A stretch of DNA of 63,272 nt, the filler included, from Folioceros fuciformis (taxonomy: Eukaryota): NCBI GenBank assembly GCA_049999805.1. It is 12 parts of 12 records of this genome, joined end to end, with 100 filler letters (N's around TTAATTAATTAA, not from the genome) between each part and the next. Parts side by side here need not be neighbours in the genome. Positions count along the whole stretch, not along the records: positions 11,419 to 25,384 come from JBNGIO010005264.1; positions 25,485 to 31,095 come from JBNGIO010005266.1; positions 31,196 to 33,694 come from JBNGIO010005267.1; positions 33,795 to 38,263 come from JBNGIO010005268.1; 8 more parts are not named here. One strand, 5' to 3'. Positions 25,209 through 38,363 of the stretch are shown here, piece by piece. The notes beneath the pieces were generated by a model, which saw only the letters and a program-made list of their open reading frames with translations, made no database searches and was not told the origin of the DNA. The translations under genes and the position numbers were made by a program. Positions within the stretch are counted from its first letter, which is position 1, and the number at the start of each line of letters is the position of its first letter.

Positions 25209-26270
25209 GTACAGTCTTACAAGGCTCCAGCTGGTTCAGGCTCAAGTGATCTTGGTTGCCTGGTACTGCACAAAAGCATGGCCTGAATCATCTTCATAAG
25301 CTGTGTGTCTTGCTCTTGTTCTTGCTGCGAGGTCTGAACAGGTGCGACTGGAATTTGAATCAGTGCGTCCGAGATATGAACCGGNNNNNNNNNNNNNNNN
25401 NNNNNNNNNNNNNNNNNNNNNNNNNNNNTTAATTAATTAANNNNNNNNNNNNNNNNNNNNNNNNNNNNNNNNNNNNNNNNNNNNAAGAACAAGGCAGGCC
25501 TGGCCCTACATCGGCCAAATCCTCCAGCTCGCCTCAACCTCCTCTTGTGCACACATTCAGTCCCATCACCGGCGATCCCTCCTCCTACCTGCAATGTGAA
25601 TCAAAAGAAGCAGGACAAAGAGATGGAGAGGGAAGGGGAAGAAGAAGAAGAGGGGGCAAGAGGAAAAAGAAGGAGGAAGGGACAAAGCGGAAGGGGATGG
25701 GGGCGGCCGCAACCCCTGCCCTAGCTAGGGTACGGCCTCCATGTCCGTTTAGGCCAGCCAAGCAATCAGCCAGCCTCACATCGGACCCTGACCCCCTGAC
25801 ACTGACATACTCAGATTCCCGTTCCTATGTTCAAACCATTGTTTTATTATTTATTATTATTCTATTATTATTTAATCATTTAATACTATATATAATTAAT
25901 ATTAAACCAATCCCCAAACCTAGATTCAAACTTTCCCGACCCTATGGCCCGGTACCGGACCTAAACTTTCCCAGGTCTGGGACCAAACCTATACCCNNNN
26001 NNNNNNNNNNNNNNNNNNNNNNNNNNNNNNNNNNNNNNNNNNNNNNNNNNNNNNNNNNNNNNNNNNNNNNNNNNNNNNNNNNNNNNNNNNNNNNNNAAAA
26101 AGAAAACCAAACCATACCACTATTAACCCTTTTTTAACCAAAACAAACTACTACCCCAAACTTTGGAGGTTCACACAAGGCTAGGGGGATCATAAACCCT
26201 GTTTACATTCACACTGATGAGAATACTATAGATGTCTTGACAAAATCACTTCCAAAACACAAGCACCTTA

Positions 26271-26554
26271 TGATGAAAATCATGCCTTGCTCTTAGATGC
26301 AAAAGATAGAATGCAATAATTAAAGAGTAAAGTACAAGCCTTTATATAGGCTAGGTGGTTGAGGTTGTTAGGTGGTTACAACTATAAGTAGTTGTAACCA
26401 TAAGTAGTTATAACCATAAGTAGTTATAACTAATATAACAACTAACTACCTAGAGCAACTAAATAGGTAACTACCTAATGCCCTAGATGATAATATAATG
26501 TTTAAAGTGATGTGGCCCTAATGAATAGTGCCCTAAACTAGATATATTTCATCA
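26271..26554. mobile_element. Solo LTR with intact TSD
   Basis: Termini TGATGAAA...TTTCATCA; TSD CCTTA at 26266-26270 and 26555-26559; internal 15-bp tandem repeats TAAGTAGTTATAACC. Confidence 0.9.
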
Positions 26555-26784
26555 CCTTACACATATGGATGGCTTGGGCCTAGTAGATTACACTAAATAC
26601 CTTCTTGCTGCTTAGCATTTAACTTACAAAACAAGAGCGAAAACCACTCTAGAGCATCTGTTCTCTACCTAATCAAACCATGACTTGCAGCTGTCAAATG
26701 TCTTACTTTCGGTGGGAGTCTAACAGTCATGCCTTGTCCGTCCTCCTCTTCAATGTTGCGCTTACCTTCTTCATGTCATAGCCT

Positions 26785-27252
26785 CTATCTACGAGCCGCC
26801 CTACCATTTTCCACCACTTCAACCTTGGCTAGGTCACGAGCGCCTTTCTGTTTCCGTGGCATGCATGAGAGTTGAGCCTGTAACATAGCGGCCCTCTCCC
26901 TAGCTACCTCTAGTAGCTGTTCCAGGTCCTCACAGTCCTTCTCAGCGTTCTCAAGATGCCACATCACTTGTCTGTTTGCTGTCGTTGGCCACCATTTCTT
27001 CCTGCTCGACGAGCTTCCCGCTCCAGTTGAAGCAACAGCAAGCATACTGTCCACCTCTGGCACCTTGTCCTCGTGACTGGTCGAACTCCTCTGGCTGGAG
27101 ATCTCGTGAGTGCAACTCCTAACCATGTTTATTAGCACTGAGGCTAAGATGTTTGTGTAGCCAGCTACCGTGAAGACTAGCATCCAACAAAACAGAGTGA
27201 CTACAAAGTCGGTCTCCAGCTGAGCCGCTTCAAGCTGATCTGTTGTCATCAC
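26785..27252 (-). CDS. Antisense ORF (155 aa) in the Copia 3' region; N-terminal hydrophobic helix plus coiled-coil-like segment
   Basis: Open ORF between the pol stop (about 26615) and the PPT. FVVTLFCWMLVFTVAGYTNILASVLINMV is hydrophobic; HLENAEKDCEDLEQLLEVARERAAMLQAQL is heptad-like. Confidence 0.55.
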   Translation of the reverse strand: MMTTDQLEAAQLETDFVVTLFCWMLVFTVAGYTNILASVLINMVRSCTHEISSQRSSTSHEDKVPEVDSMLAVASTGAGSSSSRKKWWPTTANRQVMWHLENAEKDCEDLEQLLEVARERAAMLQAQLSCMPRKQKGARDLAKVEVVENGRAARR

Positions 27253-27459
27253 GTTTTTAGGGCTAGTATAGTTTTTTCATTTTAACCCCTTGTAGTTAAG
27301 TGGGAGTGTTGGATATATAACCAGCAAGGGTTAATATGATGACCTAGTTATTTAGGGTTACGAGACTTTATTTTGTATATTATACTTTTGCCCTTTGTTG
27401 AATATATATTACCTTTGTTTATTCCTCGCTTGCTTAGCTAGAGACAAGAGGTATTTACA

Positions 27460-30400
27460 TAGTGAACAGAGGTGGACTTGACAATAGGAGTGAATGTTTC
27501 GTTATAGTCAAGGCATGGGATTTGGTTATAGCCCTTGGCCACTAGACGGGCCTTGTATCTTCCTACGGACCCGTCAGTATTCAATTTTTTTCTTGAAAAC
27601 CCACTTACATTGAATAGGCTTTCTAGTGGGAGGGAGATCTACCAGCTTCCATGTCTTATTTTGGATGAGGGACGTGTACTCCGAATCTATGGCTGCTTGC
27701 CAAAAGGCAGCCTCAAGGCGTGCTAAGGCTTTTGTATAAGTTAAAGGCTTACCCAGGGACGTTGAAATGCTGAAAACTGTTGCAAGGGAAAATTCAGAAG
27801 TGACTATATGTGCAGAATAGGGAGGATCTTTCCACTCATGCATGGGTCGATGGATGCAGGTTGAACGACGAGGAGGTGGGACTGCCTCGCCTGATTCAAG
27901 CTCTACGATTGGGTGTAGGGACAGGCTCAACTAAAGAAGCGTCTGCATTAGGAATACCTGAGAGTTTGCTTTCATCACAAGGGCCTACTAGAGATGGTGG
28001 AGGCATTGGAAGGTCCATCTTCACCATCATTACAATCAGAAGCTGAAACTGTCTCCGTTGGATCCTGAGAAGGAGAAGCATCCTTGTCGTCAAAGAAACT
28101 GACCTCATCAGTGTCAGCAAGAACTATATCCTCAATGCCATGGATGGAAGAAGAAATAGCAGTAGCATCCGAAAGGAAAGCAGCACGATGATGGCGAAGA
28201 AGGGCAGCCTCGTGGAAAACCACACTCCGTGATAAAGCAAGCTGACGGGTGACAGGGATAAACCACTTGTAGCCCTTCACCTCTTCTAAATAGCTGACAA
28301 AAACGTCCCTGGATGCCTTGGGATCGAGCTTGGAACGCAGTGCTGGAGGGATGAGAGCATAGGCAGGAGCACGGAAAATTCGTAGGTGTCGAACTCGGGG
28401 CTTCTTACCCGTCCATCTTTCAAAAGGGGTCATGGGGCCAAGCTCCTTCATTGGCAGTCAATTCTGTATATAGTTGACGGCCATCAAAGCTTCGGCCCAA
28501 TACCCACGGGTAAGTCCAGCAAAAGAAAGAGAAGCCAAAGTGGCTTCTTGTAAAGTTCTATTTTTGCGTTCTGAAAAAGCATTCTGCTCTAGAGTAGAAG
28601 GAATTGTCAACTGATGAAGAATTCTTTCATGTGCACAGAACGATGCGAATGCATGGCTGGTGTACTCACCGCCGTTGTCTGTTCGCAAAATTCGCACCTT
28701 ACAGATAGTTTGTCGTTGAGCATAGCAAACATAGGACTTGAAACAGTCAAAAGCTTCACTTTTGTGTCGGAGCAAGAAAACTACACAACATCTGCTCCAC
28801 TCGTCGATGAAGGTCAAGAAATAGTCTGCCCTGCCAAAAGAGTTGGTGGACATAGGGCCACATATATCGCTATGCACAGTGTGAAGCAAGCCATCAGCAC
28901 GACTAAGGGCCATATCCTTAAAGGGCAGTGAATATGCCTTACTCAATTGACAGGACTCATAGAAGGTGTTTTTATCGAAAGAGAATTCAAGAGGCTCACG
29001 ATAACTCTCACCTTTGACAAGGGATTTGAGGCATTGGAAGTTGGCATGTCCAACACGATAGTGCCACAATTGTGTGAAGGGTGCCTTTGTGGAATGAACT
29101 GATTGAGTAGAACCTAACACAATCTTGACGTTCAGAAGGTACAGGTCGTGAGAAGGTGAGCCTAAGAAAAGATCATGCCCTAACTTGGAGCTTGTGACAT
29201 AGCATCCTTGCTAATCAAAACACACTCGGCAGTGTTGTTCCTGTGACAACTTTAGGACAGACATCAAGTTCTTAGTCATTGAAAGGACATAGAGAACCTT
29301 TGTGAGTGTAAGTCTAGAAGAGTCAATCAAGGAAATGATGACTGAGCCTGAGCCTTTGATAGAAAGTCCACTATTGTCCCCTAGTAGGACAAATTGTTTG
29401 GCATTAGCAGTAGGAGTGAAAGAAGAAAAAGCACGCTTGTGAAAGCAAATATGACTAGTGGCTCCTGAATCGAGAAACCATGTGCCAGATTGTACTTGTG
29501 TAGACGACAAACAAACTGCCAGGATAGAGGGCTGTTTAAGCTTGCTAATGGTGACGTTGCTCTCTGGAGGATGATCACGCCTAGGCTCTCCTCCTTTCTG
29601 CTTACGACAGTCTCGTTCATAATGGATAGGAATCTTACACCAGTTGCACACAAAAGTCTTCTTGGTGATTATATCACGTTGTAGGAACCACGTCCTCTAC
29701 CTCGACCTTAAAAGCCACCTCGTCCTCTTGATGTAAATAGCACTCTTGTGTTGTTGGAAGTGGAGCCCTTAGACTTGTGAAAACTCCTTGTGCGCTCTTC
29801 AGATATAAGGGCGCCAATTACCTCCTCGAGAGTTACCTTCGGTGGCTGGCCAGTAGTAGCTGCTTAAACAACAGCATGTATCGTGGCATTCTGACTTCGG
29901 ACAAAGTGTTGATAACTTTCTGGAAGTGAAGCCAAGATACTTATAGTTGCTTGAACTTCTATCATCACTGTACCACAATAGGCAAGATTAGCACGAAGAG
30001 TCCTAAACTTGTTGATATAAGCCTCAACAGGCTCATTGTTCCGCATCCTTAAGTTGAAGAAGTCTCCGTGCGCATGCACAAGGGACGCCAAACTCTTGTC
30101 CCAATATATCGACTGGAAAACCTTCCACACATCTGCCGAGGTCTTGGCATCTATGGTGTGTGGCATCACATTTCTATCTAAGAGAGCAATGAGTATAGCG
30201 GGCACGCCTATCCTTACGCTCCCAAGCTAGGATTGCCTTGGCCATTCTAACAGGTGTTGTCACCTTCGGTTCTGTGCCATCTACAATGGACAACAGCTCA
30301 TTCTCCTTGAACATTTGGGTCAGCCTCATGGCACAAATGTTGTAATCTGTACCATTAAACCTATCCTTGTCCCTGAATTCAATTTTCAAAGAAGGAACTA

Positions 30401-30602
30401 TAGGGACAATGGGTGAAACTCCAGACATGATTTCAAGATCAAGAATTCTATCGGGGACTAATTGCCGGTGTCGCTGTCTCTCTAATTCGAGAAGGTTGCG
30501 TGGGGAGAAGTCCCACGTAGTAAGATTGGCAGGTTCAACAAAGAGAGATGAAATGTCCACGACAAATTTATCATCAAAGTCTAAACTATCTGTTATAAAC
30601 AA
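27460..30602 (-). mobile_element. Degenerate Ty1/Copia gag-pol, interrupted in RT
   Basis: KIEFRDKDRFNG gag, CNWCKIPIHYERDC, WFLDSGATSH, HSDICGP, LRTDNGGEY, CKWVFKKK, DYNETFTPIVKSTS. Same family as the elements at 21049-25208 and 46833-50862. Confidence 0.93.
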
Positions 30603-30633
30603 AAGAGAGAACTACAACAGGGTGCAAGGCACC

Positions 30634-31095
30634 TGATGACAAGTTCGAGAAGAGCTAGCGGGCATGAGGTCCATCACACATCGCTCTTCACAAAACAAGT
30701 GGAGGACCTTAATGCTTTCCAACAGCTTCTTCATAAATGCGGTCTGTACCCTTGTCAATAGGATCGACTCCAGTCTACGTGCAAGTGTAGGAGAGGAGAG
30801 GAGAGAAGAGAGGGTGGTATTGGTGATCACAACCATGAAAACAATACACATCACCACTGTCTTATTATGGAGGTCCGAGGTCTCCATTTAAGTAGTACAT
30901 TTAGGGCTACACAACTTCCAGGTTCAATATGGGATAATCTACACTATCCTAAGTTCACTAATAACTAGAACTAGTCTAGTATGAACCCAACTGGGATAAC
31001 TAACACCACATGAGTTTAGCTCATATAGAGCTCGATAACTCAACACTCCCCCTCGAGCTCAACATAGCATCTGTACGCCTAACATAGCTCGGAAT
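30634..31095 (-). mobile_element. Copia 3' LTR, PPT and RNase H end inserted upstream of the preceding gag
   Basis: Minus strand reads FRAMLGVQMLC*, then PPT GAGGGGGAG, then TGTTGAG (LTR from 31045 leftward). Left boundary is approximate. Confidence 0.65.
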
Positions 31096-31195
31096 NNNNN
31101 NNNNNNNNNNNNNNNNNNNNNNNNNNNNNNNNNNNNNNNTTAATTAATTAANNNNNNNNNNNNNNNNNNNNNNNNNNNNNNNNNNNNNNNNNNNN

Positions 31196-32973
31196 AAGCA
31201 ATAGCAAGGTATTGACTTTGATGAGATTTTCTCACCAGTTGTCAAAATGACCACTTTGCGATGTGTTCTTGCTCTGGTTGCGAGGAATGACATGGAACTT
31301 GTCCAGATGGATGTGAATTCGGCATTTCTGCATAGTGATCTCCAAGAAGAGGTATACATGCAACAACCAGAGGGTTTCATTGAGAAGGGAAGAGAGAATC
31401 TGATGTGCAGGTTAAAAAAGAGTCTTTATGGCTTAAAACAGACACCCAAAGAGTGATATTACAAGTTCCACTCATTTATGCTTTCTCAAGGCTACAAACG
31501 TAGTGATGAGGATCATTGTCTCTATACAAAGCAAGCTAAGGATGGAAGCTTGCTCATTTTGGTCCTNNNNNNNNNNNNNNNNNNNNNNNNNNNNNNNNNN
31601 NNNNNNNNNNNNNNNNNNNNNNNNNNNNNNNNNNNNNNNNNNNNNNNNNNNNNNNNNNNNNNNNNNGTGGATGATATGCTAATTGCTGGGAATAGCAGTG
31701 ATGAGATTTCAGCGTTGAAGACAAAGTTGAATGCTCGCTTTGACATGACAAACTTGGGAGAGGCCAGCCATATTCTTGGCATACTTATTCATGGAGATAG
31801 ACATAAGCATTTGCTTTACTTGTCTCAGACTGAATACATTAATAGGGTGCTTCAACGTTTCAACATGGAGAAGGGGAAAGTATTGAGTACTCCGCGCCTC
31901 CATATGTGAAACTTTCGAGCAAGGATTGCCCAAGCTCTGCGGAGGGCAAAGCTAAAATGGAGAAGGTTCCATACTCATCAGCTAGGAGTTTGATGTAGGC
32001 AATGATTGCTACACATCCTAACATTGCTTTTGCAGTGGGAGTGGTTAGCAAGTTTATGTCAAACCCTGGCAAGAAGCATTGGGAGGCAGTAAAAGGAGTT
32101 ATGAGGTATTTAAATGGTACAAAAGCTTTGTGCATAAGTTTTGGTAGTGAGTTTGCAATTGTCGTTGGATATACGGATGTTGATTATGCGGGGGATATGG
32201 ACAAAAGGAGGTCCACATTAGGTTATGTCTTCATGTGCACTGCAGGGACAATATCATGGCGATCTCGTTCGCAATCGTGCATAACGCTATCTACCATAGA
32301 AGCCGAGTATGTTGCAGTGACTAAGGCTTGCAAGGAAGCCGTGTGGCTTGCTTGTTTAGTGGGAGATTTGGGGGTCAAGGTTGAGCTGCCACTGTTTCAT
32401 TGTAATAGCCAGAGTGCTATTCAATTGGTGAAGAATCCAGTGTTTCATGCGAAGACCAAACATGTGGAAGTGAAGTATTACTTCATTCGAGAGGTGTTGG
32501 AAGACAAGAGGGTACAGCTTCTCAAAGTTTACACCAGTCAGAACCCTGCAGATACTCTTACCAAGGGGCTCTCTACGGAGCAATTTGCACAAGCTCGGAC
32601 ACTCATGGGCATGAGGTAGACCACTCTCCTATGAAGGTAAATTGGCCTTTAAGTGGGAGGTTATAGGGTTACTAAAGCCCACTGTGCTTAGACTATTGTG
32701 TTTAGTATAAGATTAGTGTCTAATTAAGTATCATTTGTTTAGATTAGCTTAAGCTAATCTTTAGGAAGCTTCTTGCGTAGCTTCCTGTGAGCTTCTTGTG
32801 AAGCTTCCTTGGGAGTTCTTCTAGAGGGTATAAATACCCTCTTCAGCTTCCTTGCAATATAGAGTGTGAGAGACCTTGCTTTCTCCTCTCCTCCTCCATC
32901 ATGTGGCTCACCTCCTCCTTCATCATGTGGCTCACCTCCTCCTTTATCATGTGGCTCCTCTAGCGATCCTTCA
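31196..32973 (+). mobile_element. Ty1/Copia RT, RNase H and 3' LTR
   Basis: QMDVNSAFLH, LKKSLYGLKQ, VDDMLIAG, FHAKTKHVEVKYYF. PPT AAGTGGGAGG at 32651-32660. LTR at 32662-32973 contains a 24-bp tandem repeat and is similar to the LTR at 37859-38135. Confidence 0.92.
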
Positions 32974-34862
32974 CCACTTGCACTAATCTAAAATTGATTG
33001 CACCACTCTAAAACTGATTTGGATTGGGATGACTTATGTCAATACGCCGTGATCCATGACGATAGGTACGCTGAACAAAGGTAGGCAGCAAACACGAAGA
33101 TCTTTGTGCCACTACACAAGTTTGCCTCCCTTGTTGCCTTTGTGCCGCTGCACAAGTTTACCTCCTTGTTGCCTTGAGGCTCTGGGCCTTCCCTCCCTCA
33201 AGTTTCTCCAAATTTAAGCCTTCTTCCTTAGTCTCTAACTTGGGCTTCTTTGAAACACCTACTCTTCACTTTTCTACTCAACATCTAGCTCCATAACACT
33301 CTTTTATCTCAACACTTCCACTCCTCATCTCTAATAGTGTTCCTCATTTTCTCTTCTCCTCACTCACTCTCTTTCTTCTTACTCACTCTCTTTTCCTCTA
33401 TCTCCGAAATCTACCAACCTACCTCTATAGGTTCAAAACTAATATATTTTCCTAGGTTCTACTACTAGAAGGACCATTGCCGTAACATTGGTGATCACCT
33501 TAAATCAGCATCCGCTAATTTAAACCTGAGACCTAGATCCCACAATAATCTCACCTAGGACGAGACACAAGAGCGCATGCACAAGCGCAAGCACAAGCAC
33601 GGGCACGGCAATGCGGACCCAAGTGCTCGGGTCACTGTGATACCCTCCAAGCTACCAGGTGCTGCAACCACTTGCATCTGGCAGGAGCACACTTNNNNNN
33701 NNNNNNNNNNNNNNNNNNNNNNNNNNNNNNNNNNNNNNTTAATTAATTAANNNNNNNNNNNNNNNNNNNNNNNNNNNNNNNNNNNNNNNNNNNNCAAGCT
33801 ACCAGGTGCTGCAACCACTTGCATCTGGCAGGAGCACACTTGCTAAGACACAAACAAGTAGGCTCATGCTTGGAGGTAACCAACTTAATAACTTTACTTT
33901 GGAGGGATCATAGGCTCTTTAGAGTTTTGTGCTTGCAGTGTTCATATGCCCTTCCGAGTTCCAGGTTCCTAGGCTCCCAGCCGCCGGGCTAGCATTTTGG
34001 CGCCTTCCTTTTAGTTTTGGCCCCATTCTGCGTAGGTGGCCCCATTATGGTCCTATTTTGCTGAACTACACCTGCATGGTCTTATCTACTTGTACACATG
34101 TACCACAAAATTGTAGATCGATTACAATCAAGAATTTTATACGAGCAAGATCAGCGTCAAGACACGTAATAACGGAGAGTTAAGGAACACGTGAAACTCT
34201 GGTATAAAAGGCTTGGCTAGCTACATGATAACTGAATGTGTATGGCTTTGTATTATGTACAAGCGCACTCTCTAGCATCCCTATTTACTTGCTGGCAATG
34301 CGGCTTATGGCAGGCTACTCACTTGCCTTGTGCTGCAGGATGGATGGGAACTCGGTAGCCTGGGAGTCTACNNNNNNNNNNNNNNNNNNNNNNNNNNNNN
34401 NNNNNNNNNNNNNNNNNNNNNNNNNNNNNNNNNNNNNNNNNNNNNNNNNNNNNNNNNNNNNNNNNNNNNNNCTCTAGCGTCACTGTTTACTTGCTGGCGA
34501 TGCGGCTTATGGCAGGCTACTCACTTGCCTTGTGCTGTAGGATGGATGGGAACTCGGTAGCCTGGGAGTCTACTTGAGAAGGTCAGGCCCAAGTGATCTC
34601 AAAGTTCACATACGTGCATGTCCGCACGTTTCCGGAAGTATCCAAAACTTGCAGCTTGATTTTGTACAAGCCCTGCTCTAGTTGACAATACAAACCACCC
34701 ATGGTGAGACAAGGCATATGCTGAGGACCAGGACTTCATAGCAGCAAACAAATAGAGAGGGAAGGGGAGAGAGAAATATACCAGAGGCGTGATCTTCGAA
34801 AGGATTTCAAAATTGCTCAACGTGAATTCACCAGGCTGGATCGGGCGTAGTGTCTTGGAGCA

Positions 34863-37858
34863 AGATAGGAATAGTAGATTCTGTTATAGTTTGTGATGTT
34901 AGTGGTTATCAATATTATAGGGCTTATGGTAAGTCTCAAGGGTTTGTGAACTAGACTGTAGTACTATAATAGTATAGCAGTCTCTCCTAGGGTATATAAA
35001 GGGCCTCCTCTAAGGTTGGAGTGAGTCCCTTGTGGGTCTTGTCGCTGAGCCTCTTGTGAGTCTCTATTGTTGTCTCTATGATCTTGCTCTTATGTTATAA
35101 AGCCTTCTTTATGTTTATGTGATCCTGATATGATCCTATCATGGTATCAGAGCATCAAGTTTCTAAGACACGTCTAATCAACGTACCTTAGGTTTTAAGA
35201 CTTACGACATCTTGTGTTTGAGACACGTTTAATCAACATATCTTAGGTTATATATATATATATATTTTGCAAGGTAAGTGGGGTGTCTGAGAAACGTCTA
35301 ACCAGCGTTTCTCATATATCAGAGTTTTCTGAGTTAAAGATTTATGAGTAAGATCGATGCTAGAGGAGAGAGATCAAGAAGACGATAATTATATTAACNN
35401 NNNNNNNNNNNNNNNNNNNNNNNNNNNNNNNNNNNNNNNNNNNNNNNNNNNNNNNNNNNNNNNNNNNNNNNNNNNNNNNNNNNNNNNNNNNNNNNNNNCG
35501 AGTGTGTCTTGGGCTCTAAAGTTTTTTGTTTTTTGAAAGATACGTCTAACAAGCGTATCTTGGGTTTTTTGAGAGATACGTCTAACAAGCATATCTTGGG
35601 TTTTTTGAGAGGGTGTTGGGCTGATGGTGTTCCAGCCGTGGTTTTTTGAGAGGATGTTCGGCTGATGGTGTTCCAGTTGGGGTTTTTTGAGAGAGAGATT
35701 GGTTGTTGTTATTTCAGCCCTAACGGTGAGGTTGTTGTGGTTTGATGGTGTATTTTTCTAGGAATTTGTATATATACATATTTATATAATATGGTGCAAG
35801 ATCGCGAACTTTCATATAGGATACCTAAGTTCAATGGTTCTAATTTCTCTTTTTGGAAGTTTCGTGTTAAGGTTGCTCTTATAGATGATTGGTCTATTAT
35901 TGATGGTACTAAGGTTTATCCTGAAAATGGTACCCAAGCAGAAAAAATTAATTTCAAAGGAATTCAAAAGCTCTCATGCTTTTAATTGGATCTATTGAAG
36001 ATCATTGTCTTGGCCAACTTATGACTAAGACTACTGCAGCAGAGGTGTGGCAGGTGTTGCTTTCTTCCTATGAGTTACGTGGCTTGGCGCACTCTCAAGC
36101 CGATCTTGCTCGACTCATGGATTTTAAGATGGGGGTGTCTCAATCAGTTAAAGACTTCTTTGATCAATTTACTTCTCTCATTGTTGATTGTCAAGCTTCT
36201 GGATTGGAGGTGTTTATGGAAATGAAAATTTTCCATCTTCTTCAAGCATTGCCTTCTTCTTATGAGGCTTTCAAACTGTCTTTTAATAATGGTGCTCTTC
36301 CTCTTACTATTGAAGCTTTACAAGAGTTATTGCTCATTGACGAGTTACGACAGAAAAAGATACGATCTCATGCTAGTCCAGATGAGGCCTTGCTTGGCTA
36401 TCAAGCGAAAAGGCACCGTCTTTCTTAGAGTGGGGACTGGCATCCTTTTGTTCGTAATAATTCTCGTTTTTCTTTTTCTCAGGCTTCTGTGGTACCGCAG
36501 TTTTCAGGATCATCGTCTCGTCCAACAAGACCTATTACTTGTTTTCAATGTCATCGGCCAAGGCATATTGCTCGTTTTTGTCGTTTTTCTTCGTCTTCTC
36601 CTTATCAGAGTAATCTTACTATTACTGATGCTGCGTCTTCTATTCCACCTACTGGATTTCTATATCTCCTACTTTTGAGTTTTCTCTTCTTGCTCTTTTG
36701 AGTGCTGGGAGTTCTGTTGACAGTGAGTGGTATATTGATTCTGGGGCATCTCAGCATATNNNNNNNNNNNNNNNNNNNNNNNNNNNNNNNNNNNNNNNNN
36801 NNNNNNNNNNNNNNNNNNNNNNNNNNNNNNNNNNNNNNNNNNNNNNNNNNNNNNNNNNNTCAGCATATGACAGGTTGACGGGACTTATTTTCTACTTTTC
36901 GTTCTCAGTCTGATGGTCAGCAAGTTTATCTTGGTGACAATTCTTCTCATCATATTGCGGGTATTAGTGATATTGGAGTTGTTCAATCTGATGGTTCTAC
37001 TACATATCTCTGTGATGTGTTGTATGTTCCTAGTTTATAGAAAAATTTGTTATCAGTGCGTTCGATGTGTCAACTTGGTTTGTCTGTTGAGTTTCATTCT
37101 GATCGCTGTACAATTAAACAGCTTTCTACTCAAGATGTTGTTGCTACAGGCCATATTGTTGGTTAGTTATATAAGTTGGATTGCAAAGGAATTCAACCAC
37201 AAGTTAAGGGTTATTATGCAAAGTTGCCATTATAGCAATTATGGCATTTCTGTTTGGGTCATGTGCATCCACGGAAAGTTCTTCAAACAACTCATTACTA
37301 TGGTTTTTATGTTCCCTCATTAAATANNNNNNNNNNNNNNNNNNNNNNNNNNNNNNNNNNNNNNNNNNNNNNNNNNNNNNNNNNNNNNNNNNNNNNNNNN
37401 NNNNNNNNNNNNNNNNNNNNNNNNNNGCTCAGAGGTTTTTGATAAGTTCAAACTTTTTTAGACCTATTTTGAGTGTTTTACTGGTCACAAACTTAAGGTA
37501 CTCCGGACAGATAATGGTGGGGAGTACACCTCGCGTGTCTTCGAAGATTATTTATCTCTACTGTTTCTCTTCCATTAGGTCAAAAACCAATAGGTTGCAA
37601 ATGGGTTCTCCAAATCAAATACAATGCTGATGGGACTATAGAACGTTACAAAGGCTGGTTGGTTGCCAAGGGCAATTCACAGGTTGAGGATGTTGATTAC
37701 AAGCACACTTTTTCTCCGATGGTCAAACTACCTTCTGTTCGAAATCTTCTTACTCTTGTTGCCTATTTTGATCTTGAGATGTGTCAAGTGGATGTTAAGA
37801 CTACTTTTCTAAATGGAGATTTAGATGAAGAGATTTACATGGAACAACCGCCGCTATT
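34863..37858 (+). mobile_element. Degenerate Ty1/Copia (5' LTR, PBS, gag, partial pol)
   Basis: LTR ends ...TCCTATCA at 35141; PBS TGGTATCAGAGC at 35142-35153. IPKFNGSNFSFWK, CFQCHRPRHIARFC, WYIDSGASQH, LRTDNGGEY, QVDVKTTFLNG. Left boundary is approximate. Confidence 0.88.
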
Positions 37859-38263
37859 TGTAGGGTTATTAAAGCCCAATGTGCTTAATCTAAGATTAGT
37901 GTCTAGTTAAGTACCATTAGTTTAGATTAGCTTAAGCTCATATGTAGGAAGCTTCTTGCGCAGCTTCCTATGCGCTTCTCCTGAAGCTTCCTAGGGATCT
38001 CTTCTAGAGGGTATAAATACCCCCTTGAGCTCCCTTGCTATTAAGACTCTATTGTGAGAGTGTGGCCTCTCTTTTTCCTCTCCTCCTTGCCTCCTCCTCT
38101 CCTCTTCTTCACCATGCTCCTCTAGCGATCCTACAAGTGGTATCAGAGCAGGGCGGCCCGCCCGGGCCGCCCTGCTCGGGGGGTGCCAGGCCCCCAGCGG
38201 GGGCTCCAGCCCTGCGACCAGGGGCACCCGGCCCGCCCAAGGGCACAGGCCCCCGCCCAGGCA
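37859..38263 (+). mobile_element. 5' LTR and tRNA-iMet PBS of a Copia nested in the preceding RT
   Basis: TGTAGG...CCTACA at 37859-38135; PBS TGGTATCAGAGC at 38138-38149; GC-rich leader follows. Confidence 0.88.
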
Positions 38264-38363
38264 NNNNNNNNNNNNNNNNNNNNNNNNNNNNNNNNNNNNN
38301 NNNNNNNTTAATTAATTAANNNNNNNNNNNNNNNNNNNNNNNNNNNNNNNNNNNNNNNNNNNN

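Larger units (their letters stand above)
20262..25384 (-). mobile_element. Ty1/Copia element with near-full gag-pol, antisense 3' region, PPT and 3' LTR
   Basis: Gag-pol at 21049-25208; PPT CTAAGTGGGAG (-) at 20495-20505; LTR-like sequence at about 20262-20494. The 5' LTR is lost at the linker. Confidence 0.88.
26180..27459 (+). mobile_element. Ty1/Copia 3' end (RNase H C-terminus, 3' region, PPT, 3' LTR)
   Basis: Removing the solo LTR restores ENTIDVLTKSLPKHKH/LTHMDGLGLVDY. PPT TTAAGTGGGAG at 27296-27306; LTR TGTTGG...TTTACA at 27307-27459. Confidence 0.8.

Noticed and set aside
34268-34572. About 104-bp duplication flanking a 100-N gap
   Set aside because: It may be an unresolved tandem repeat or haplotype bubble; structure and copy number cannot be determined from this sequence.
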